DNA of 63,623 nucleotides, filler included. It is 9 parts of 9 records of this genome, joined end to end, with 100 filler letters (N's around TTAATTAATTAA, not from the genome) between each part and the next. Parts side by side here need not be neighbours in the genome. Positions count along the whole stretch, not along the records: positions 55,935 to 59,597 come from SRR15195285_646; positions 59,698 to 63,623 come from SRR15195285_650; 7 more parts are not named here. One strand, 5' to 3'. Made by a program: the position numbers and the translations under genes. A model generated the notes under the pieces. The model saw only the letters and a program-made list of their open reading frames with translations, did not search any database and was not told the DNA's origin. The number at the start of each line of letters is the position of its first letter. Position 1 is the stretch's first letter. Below are positions 57,005 through 63,623 of the stretch, one piece after another.

Positions 57005-57435
57005 GCGCACTGTCGCGTGCTGTCGCTTTTGGCGTCTACCAGGGTTCTGAAATGCACAGTTCTTTGTCACACTTACTGCCAACGCTCACCCGCACGAGCA
57101 CACGATGAGACTGCCAACCGCCGGCGGTGCTTCGGCAGTGGCGTCAGCTCAACATCGCCACCCAGGACACACTCCCGTTGTTGCTGTTAATCTATGATAG
57201 CTCTCGCCATGGCGACTGAGTCACCGAGTCGATTTTGAGCAACACCAGCTCCTCCCTCGAAAGTATTGTGAAGAATCAGCCCCGCCGGCAGGCCGAGCTG
57301 TATCACGAGTGCCTACGCAAATAGCGATCTAACAGTAGACTGGAAGCGTAAAGCTTGAACGTACTAACAGTGTACTTGCGCAAAGCTTGTCATTGTGTAC
57401 GACTGGCTGTTTCCGATCGTGCCTACAGGCAGTTA

Positions 57436-59346
57436 CTACTGCTCGTACCACCATTGCACAGTATTGGGCGCCAGCTTCGCCACGAAACTTGCGGCGGGTG
57501 TTGCAGGTGCACCAATGCTGACGTTGAAATGCTTGCCGGCGTCGTCACCCATGAAAGAGTACCCACGCCACGTGCGGGGTTTTGCATCGGCCATCCGCAC
57601 GACCACGCTGAAGCTCTCATTGAAGTCGGCCGCAGCCTCGTTGGTCAAGACCAGGATGAGCTTCCCTGGCGCGGTTGCCCCGTGCAAGGGTCCTCGGTTG
57701 ATGTGCTCCGATGGGGTTTCGAAAGCGACGACCCTTTGATGCACCCGCTGCGTGTCCTCGAAAACGTTGCGACGTAGGGAATTCCAAGGGACTGTTTTGA
57801 CGAACGCAGCAACCGAGTTCCAGTTCCAGTAATTCCACGTAAAGTGGTTCTGCTGTAGCGTCGGGAGCTGAGCTGGTGCCGGCGCCCCAGTCGGGCGCCA
57901 CCAAGTCCAGCCATACCCCAGACTCTCTAGGTTGGTCGTGGGCTTGATCGCATGTAGAATGATAGATCCAGTCGGAGAATCCTTGAATGTAAGCGTGTTG
58001 AGGAACGAGTTCACCGCTGCCACTGTGCCAACCTCGGTACCCGCAAATGGACTGCCCGGCTGATACTCATGCTCGTTCGTAAAGTCGAGCTTCTCGTAGT
58101 TCCACAGTCGCGTCTGGTTGCCGAAATCATGTGCGCTCGGTGCGTTGACTGTATGCCAAGTCCAAGCGTCGACGAGGGCCAATGCCTCGGGATCATTTGC
58201 AATGGGCGAGGCACCCACCTGTCCATTCCAAGAATTTGCGTGGATCCGAATGCGCGGATCGAGCGCTTTGATCCGCTTGGCGCAGGCCTTGAACGCATAG
58301 TAGTAATCGCATTGGTGGTAGGTGCATCTCGCATAACTGTTCGCAGCTGTAGCGGACCCAACGCCCAGTGGCGCCGGAGTGTGGTTGCTGGGCATGGTCT
58401 GAGAAGAGCTGCCACCAGGTCCTAGTGGTGGCGGTGGACAGGATGTCGTGTTGGGTCCTGCGCCTGGCTCGTTCTGAAGGCCCCACCAAGAGACATTCAA
58501 GCCATTACTGCGCAAGTATTCAACATCACCACTCACTCCGTGGCAGAACTGCGAGAGGAAATTCGCGTCAAAGCTAGCCAGTGTGCCCGAGTAGTAGCTC
58601 CCCGTCGACTTCCACCCAGCAGGGGGCGACCAGTATTCGGGTGCCCATCCCTCAATGCCACTGAGATCCTGCAGCTGCTTCAGCTCCATCATCTGTGACG
58701 GCCATCGACCAACGATACTGCGGTTCTGCGGGCCCATGCCGCGCAAGAACAGTCCCAGCGCCAGCCTGATGGTGCGGACACCTCGCAGCACCTCAGTCGC
58801 AAAGCGCTCGCGCTCCGCAGGAGCAAGGTCGTGCGGGGCTCCGATTGTTGAATTGTCGTCATCACTCACAGACGTCCCACCCTTCGGCATGCCTTCGTTG
58901 TACGAGCCGATTGAGTCCGACTGCAGTTCGACTTGCACGCCCTCGAACACTTGCCGCACTCCAGCTGGCGAAGTGTCGACGATGAACACACCGCGCGGGT
59001 TGACCGGCGGCGGCGGTGGCGGCCCCGGTCGCGCCGGTCGGGCGATGCCACAGCTGTTTCCGGGGCTCTTTGCTTGGAGCTTTTTGAACCTGTACGGACT
59101 GAGGTGGCACGGGGTGTCTGGCGTCCAGATGTGCTGAAAGGACCAGCTGGAGCACCACGACGCGTTCACGCACTGTGCGCAGCAGCTCGCTGCATCGCTC
59201 GCCGGACGCTCCCGCACGTCCTGGGACTGCAGAAAGCCCAGTGTGTCTTCGTGCGACACTTCGCCGCATCGCGGCGGCGCACTGTGCAGCGTGCTGGCAG
59301 GGGCTGCGCACACATGCAGCGACACGACTGCCAGGTGCGCCAGCAT
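57436..59346 (-). CDS. Secreted clan GH-A glycoside hydrolase (GH30-like) with PAN/apple-like module and Pro linker
   Basis: Signal-like MLAHLAVVSLHVCAA; SCCAQC..WCSSWSF; poly-Pro; YWSPPAGWKS; GLQNEP (acid/base); FTNEHE (candidate nucleophile); C-terminal VVAF..LVLTN beta domain. Confidence 0.8.
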   Translation of the reverse strand: MLAHLAVVSLHVCAAPASTLHSAPPRCGEVSHEDTLGFLQSQDVRERPASDAASCCAQCVNASWCSSWSFQHIWTPDTPCHLSPYRFKKLQAKSPGNSCGIARPARPGPPPPPPVNPRGVFIVDTSPAGVRQVFEGVQVELQSDSIGSYNEGMPKGGTSVSDDDNSTIGAPHDLAPAERERFATEVLRGVRTIRLALGLFLRGMGPQNRSIVGRWPSQMMELKQLQDLSGIEGWAPEYWSPPAGWKSTGSYYSGTLASFDANFLSQFCHGVSGDVEYLRSNGLNVSWWGLQNEPGAGPNTTSCPPPPLGPGGSSSQTMPSNHTPAPLGVGSATAANSYARCTYHQCDYYYAFKACAKRIKALDPRIRIHANSWNGQVGASPIANDPEALALVDAWTWHTVNAPSAHDFGNQTRLWNYEKLDFTNEHEYQPGSPFAGTEVGTVAAVNSFLNTLTFKDSPTGSIILHAIKPTTNLESLGYGWTWWRPTGAPAPAQLPTLQQNHFTWNYWNWNSVAAFVKTVPWNSLRRNVFEDTQRVHQRVVAFETPSEHINRGPLHGATAPGKLILVLTNEAAADFNESFSVVVRMADAKPRTWRGYSFMGDDAGKHFNVSIGAPATPAASFVAKLAPNTVQWWYEQ

Positions 59347-59395
59347 ACTGTACGACGTCGCTCTGCGTCCTGCGGGAAGTTCCTCTACCTGATGT

Positions 59396-59458
59396 CCCAA
59401 GCTCCCAATTGGGTGCCGGTATGCTCGCCCAGGTATGCTCCCCAATTGGGAGCTTGGG
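59396..59458. repeat. Inverted repeat, 18-bp arms CCCAAGCTCCCAATTGGG with 27-nt spacer
   Basis: Arms at 59396-59413 and 59441-59458 are exact reverse complements. Confidence 0.93.
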
Positions 59459-59597
59459 CGTCTCCTGCGGCAGGCGTGGCACGCCCAGCCGCAGGAGTCG
59501 TTTGCGCGTCGTACTCTATCTGCGGCAGGCATGGTAGCCCGGCCAGCAGAGTCGTTCCTTACCGGCAGGGCTTGTGGGGGGATTCTAGCGCAATCTG

Positions 59598-59697
59598 NNN
59601 NNNNNNNNNNNNNNNNNNNNNNNNNNNNNNNNNNNNNNNNNTTAATTAATTAANNNNNNNNNNNNNNNNNNNNNNNNNNNNNNNNNNNNNNNNNNNN
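59598..59697. other. Artificial contig linker 8
   Basis: N44-TTAATTAATTAA-N44. Confidence 0.98.
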
Positions 59698-59698
59698 C

Positions 59699-62600
59699 CT
59701 TGGTGGCTACTACCTGGGCGGCCACTGCCGCGCTGCTGTTTACTCTACATCTGAGCAACCAGTTCCGGTAGAAGCTACTGATATTACACTGATTGACCTC
59801 CATACGTCACCAGATGATTGCGGTCCTGTTCTTGTCGCAAATGCCAACTCCAACACTCTCGCTCACTGCGACAGACAGTACACGTTTGGATCTGGGTACG
59901 ACTTGTTTTTTTCAACTAAGCAGCAGGTCACACTGCTCCAGGACGCGCACGACCCAACTGATTTGGGTTGGGCACACAATCAGTTTGCGGCGATCTCGAT
60001 TCCCAAGGGAGCCACCGCGACCATCCACTGTTTTGTGCCGATCAGCGACTCCAGTGGCAATCTTGGTGGAGCAGATTCGAATGCTATCACGAACGGCGGT
60101 CCGAATGCAGTGGACCCGGCGGGTGGTTGGACAAACGCGTTTCACAGCTATGACGAGACTAATGGGGTCCGACGGCAGCATTACACCAAGGAGGCTACTG
60201 GTTCCGTAGTTTTGTACCATGCTACTGCAACAGGTTGGGGATACATTTACATGGTCGAGCTGCACTGGACGCTGCGTCCACCCAGCCTGCAAGTGATTGA
60301 CCTGCATTCTGAAGGTGGTGGGTGCGGCCCAACTATGGTAGCAGCGCCGACAGTAGAATCCACGATTCATTGCGATCGCAGCTACATATTCGCCGCTGAC
60401 AATACCGGCAACAACCAGCCTTGGTCTGCCTTCTTTGATGCAAAAGCTGGGAAGTACTTGTATCTGCTGCAGGACTCGCACGACCCGACAGACAATGCGT
60501 GGTCACACAGCATGTTTGCAGAGATCCGGTGGCCGATCGGCGCCACCGCTGTCGTCAGCTGCTTCGTGCCCATCAGTGACGCAACTGGAAACTTGGGCAA
60601 TGCCAACCCCAACGTTGTCGCTGACGGAGGACCGAACGCGGTCGATCCGACAGGTTTTTGGACTGACACCAGGGAGACCTATCAGGAAGGCAACGGCATC
60701 GTGCGTCGACGCTACACGAAGACAATCTCAGAGCGGGAGAGCGGCTCCAACACCTACACGCTTTATCACGCCACTGGAGAGGGCTGGGGATATGTTTACA
60801 TTGTGGAGCTGGTGTACGGGTTGCCGCCTGCAGAGATCACCATCACAGACCTCCACACCTCCGAAGACTGTGGACCAGTTTTCGTGCCCGCTCCTACTGT
60901 TGAGTCTCTGGTGCACTGCGACAGGGACTCCTACGTCTTTGCTCAGGACCAAGATCCATTGCTAAGCTACGATAGATTCTTTGTCGAACATCCTACCGTC
61001 TCTCTCATACAAGACTCGCATGATCCGAATGACCGTAGCTTCGCACACAACCGCTTTGTGGAGGTGAACATTCCGTCGGGCGCCACAGCAACGTTTTATG
61101 CGCTGGTCCCAATCGCAGATCGTGACAACGTGGTCTCAGGCAGTCATGCGCATACGGTGGATGACTATCCGAACATGATTGACCCTCTAGGCGGCTGGGT
61201 CGAGATGGGCGCTTGCACGCCTGACAACCCAACAACTGGAGGCTGTTTCAGAGAATCGAACGGGATTCTTCGCAAGATGTTCACGAAAGCAGTGTCGGAG
61301 AGCTTTTACATACTGTATCACACCACCCACCTCGGATGGGGCTATGTTTATCTCGTGGATGCAACAGGCTTACCCGCTGGAGGCACTCTGGTCGGTGCTG
61401 GTACTGCAGCGACGAATCTGTTCATCGACGACTTGCACAGCGGCGTCGGAGATGAGTGTGGCCCAGTGATGTTGGCTGGGATCACAGCAACATCCAGGCC
61501 TAACTGCGACCGAGACTATCAATTTGGCAGTGACTTTGGCATCGACGCCAGATTCTTTGATACCCGCAGAGACGAAGAGCTGTACGCTATTCAGGATGCT
61601 CATGATCCGAACGATCATCAGTGGGCGCACAACATGTTTGCTGAAGTCCACGTCCCTCCCGCGACTGACGCGCACCTGTACTGTTTTGTGCCTACCGGAG
61701 AGAACGATGGCCACGCCCATAGCGCCGAGCTGTGGCCGAATGCACTGGACCCACAAGGCGGCTGGCGCGACACAGGCATTACGTATGGCACCAATCATCA
61801 GCTCTTCACCAAGACAATCCGCGGTGGAGCAGACGGCGCGTCTTACGTGCTATATCACTCGACGACACAGGGCTGGGGTTATTTCTACGTTGTCGGTCTG
61901 GTAGCGGCACCAGTGATTGACCTAGGCATTATCGACATGCACGTCGGCACCGGGGATGAGTGCGGCCCGGTACTTGTCGCCAACCCAGGACCGAGCACAC
62001 CTGGCAACTGTGACCGTGGCTATCAACTTGACGCGGACTTCGGTATCGGAGCCAGCTTCTTCTCTGGAATTCAAGGCAACCTCTGGCTTCTACAAGATGC
62101 TCACGACCCTGATGACCATATGTGGGCCCACAATCAGTTCGCAATCCTTGAGATCCCTCCCGGTGCCACAGCAAACATCTATTGCTTTGTGCCGATGGGT
62201 GCCTCCGAAGGCCACAGCCACACTGAGACTGACCTGCCAAACGCCGTGGACCCATTGGGTGGCTGGCTGGACGCGCACACTGACTACTCGAAGAACAGTG
62301 ACGGCGGGCGGCGGCGGCGCCTGCAGGCCGATACGTACCACCTGTGGACGAAGTCAGTGTCGGGTGGCGACCAAGGTGGGGTGTACATCCTTCACCATAC
62401 GGTTCACCTTGGCTGGGGATACGTGTACATGGTCGAGCTGGTGTGGAGTATCGATACCGTCACAGTCACAGACCTTCATATGGAAGATCGATCGGGCTAC
62501 AACGGATGTGGCCCAGTGCTCACGCCAGCACCCGATGCCAACACCCTAGTCAATTGTGACAGGGGCTACACTTTCAGCAGCGACGAATTCCGGGTTGGTG

Positions 62601-62959
62601 ATGAGTTCTTTCTGAGCAAATCGCCCAGCTTCTGGGTGATTTGCGATGCGCACGACCCAACAGACACCCAATGGGCACACAACCAGTTTGCTGCAGTGAC
62701 CGTCCCGGCCAGAAGAACGGCAATGCTGTACGTCTTTGTGCCTGCTTCTACTGCGGCGAACGCCATGCCGAATCAGCTGGATCCGGTCGGCGGATGGACG
62801 CGCTCTGAGGAGAGCTACACTGGCTCCGAGCAACGCACAGTTTGGTCAAAGACCATTACCCCGCGGCAGGTGCGCGGACGAGACGTCCCAAGCTCCTACA
62901 CACTATACCATGCTATCGGTCAAGGGCATGGCTTCGTGTATTGTATTGAGCTCGTTTGA
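59699..62959 (+). CDS. 5'-truncated protein with six tandem copies of an unrecognised ~170-190 aa His/Asp/Cys-conserved domain
   Basis: Frame is open from the contig start to TGA 62959; six copies of DLH..CGP..CDR..DxHDPxD..H..F..VP..PNxxDPxGxW..K..LxH..GxG. Confidence 0.9.
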   Translation, partial: LGGYYLGGHCRAAVYSTSEQPVPVEATDITLIDLHTSPDDCGPVLVANANSNTLAHCDRQYTFGSGYDLFFSTKQQVTLLQDAHDPTDLGWAHNQFAAISIPKGATATIHCFVPISDSSGNLGGADSNAITNGGPNAVDPAGGWTNAFHSYDETNGVRRQHYTKEATGSVVLYHATATGWGYIYMVELHWTLRPPSLQVIDLHSEGGGCGPTMVAAPTVESTIHCDRSYIFAADNTGNNQPWSAFFDAKAGKYLYLLQDSHDPTDNAWSHSMFAEIRWPIGATAVVSCFVPISDATGNLGNANPNVVADGGPNAVDPTGFWTDTRETYQEGNGIVRRRYTKTISERESGSNTYTLYHATGEGWGYVYIVELVYGLPPAEITITDLHTSEDCGPVFVPAPTVESLVHCDRDSYVFAQDQDPLLSYDRFFVEHPTVSLIQDSHDPNDRSFAHNRFVEVNIPSGATATFYALVPIADRDNVVSGSHAHTVDDYPNMIDPLGGWVEMGACTPDNPTTGGCFRESNGILRKMFTKAVSESFYILYHTTHLGWGYVYLVDATGLPAGGTLVGAGTAATNLFIDDLHSGVGDECGPVMLAGITATSRPNCDRDYQFGSDFGIDARFFDTRRDEELYAIQDAHDPNDHQWAHNMFAEVHVPPATDAHLYCFVPTGENDGHAHSAELWPNALDPQGGWRDTGITYGTNHQLFTKTIRGGADGASYVLYHSTTQGWGYFYVVGLVAAPVIDLGIIDMHVGTGDECGPVLVANPGPSTPGNCDRGYQLDADFGIGASFFSGIQGNLWLLQDAHDPDDHMWAHNQFAILEIPPGATANIYCFVPMGASEGHSHTETDLPNAVDPLGGWLDAHTDYSKNSDGGRRRRLQADTYHLWTKSVSGGDQGGVYILHHTVHLGWGYVYMVELVWSIDTVTVTDLHMEDRSGYNGCGPVLTPAPDANTLVNCDRGYTFSSDEFRVGDEFFLSKSPSFWVICDAHDPTDTQWAHNQFAAVTVPARRTAMLYVFVPASTAANAMPNQLDPVGGWTRSEESYTGSEQRTVWSKTITPRQVRGRDVPSSYTLYHAIGQGHGFVYCIELV

Positions 62960-63468
62960 ACCTGTTCGATGGCCTTGGTGGGCGCCCATGGTACTCTCTA
63001 GAGCTGAAGCCTTCGCGCCCGGTGTCAGAAAAGATTAAAAGCATCTAGACACTAGCAAGAATGGTTTCTTGGCAGTATCTCGATGGCTGCAGAGCACGAA
63101 TGGATGCCTAGCATAGCTGTCCACTACTAGTAAGCTCTCCGTTCGGCACTACCGGTACGGACCTCGAACCAGTGCTTCAAGTCATCTCGTTCCGGACTCT
63201 CAGCGCGACGCAACGCTACACCAAGCCACGTGGCAGGTGGCTTATTAAACCTCGGGCACCAAGAAGACTTGAGCTCCATGGGTATTTACACGACGCGGAC
63301 GGCGTCCTCGTCGCAAAATAATTCACAGTGGAGGTACATTGTTCGTTCGCATACATTGTATGCAGGCACCTCGTGCACTCGCGTTTCAACACTTTCTGCG
63401 TAAAAATAGCTTACCACAGGCCCTAGCTTGTAAACTTGGCCACGAGTCTGTTTTACCAAACTTCCTCA

Positions 63469-63590
63469 TCAGAGCTTGGCCGACCGTCGGTGATCAATAC
63501 TCAACACCCGCTCAAAAAGGGTGTAGGCCATTGCCCTCATCTCTGGCGGAAAGTCGTGGCCACAGTCCGAATGCTCCACCACCAGGGCAT
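63469..63590 (-). CDS. Probable last exon of an alpha/beta hydrolase-like gene (rest lies outside the window)
   Basis: After GTGAC...CCTAG acceptor: ALVVEHSDCGHDFPPEMRAMAYTLFERVL...SAKL*. GHDF followed by a helix resembles hydrolase catalytic-His C-termini. Confidence 0.5.
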
Positions 63591-63623
63591 CTAGGTCGCG
63601 GCCCAGTCACTTTACACTCTAGT

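Noticed and set aside
3449-59697. Eight identical TTAATTAATTAA motifs as a biological repeat
   Set aside because: Each is centred in an exact 100-nt N block and puts stops in all six frames; it is a concatenation linker.
1-63623. tRNA, rRNA, transposase or reverse transcriptase genes
   Set aside because: None recognised by eye; a covariance-model and repeat-library scan would be needed to exclude them.

Overview
This is not one locus. It is nine eukaryotic contigs joined by eight artificial 100-nt linkers (44 N + TTAATTAATTAA + 44 N). The DNA is GC-rich, gene-dense nuclear DNA with short GT-AG introns: I modelled about 30 of 81-316 nt, several with a CTGAC-like branch point. The source is most likely a heterotrophic protist; PEPEPE linkers, an RRLQ motif and a plant-type PATROL1 would fit a picozoan-like lineage, but this is unverified. 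Spliced models: repeated-CCHC zinc-finger protein (partial), two secreted PAN-domain glycoside hydrolases, cyclophilin, myosin-VI-like myosin with a BTB tail, IQ/EF-hand pseudo-amidohydrolase, CDP-alcohol phosphotransferase, SAM-SNF2-RING helicase, F-box protein, SAP-repeat protein, EF-hand repeat protein, ankyrin protein, p25alpha-EF-hand-RhoGEF, IP3-receptor-like channel (partial), LRR protein, threonine aldolase, PATROL1/Munc13-like protein with PDZ, SDR, and a protein made of six copies of an unrecognised His-rich domain. The most notable items are a possible reverse-gear myosin, the novel repeat domain, an IP3R-like channel with an RRM insert and altered pore, the p25alpha-RhoGEF fusion, and a dispersed palindrome family with mirrored substitutions. 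All family calls come from motif recognition by eye; no searches were run.
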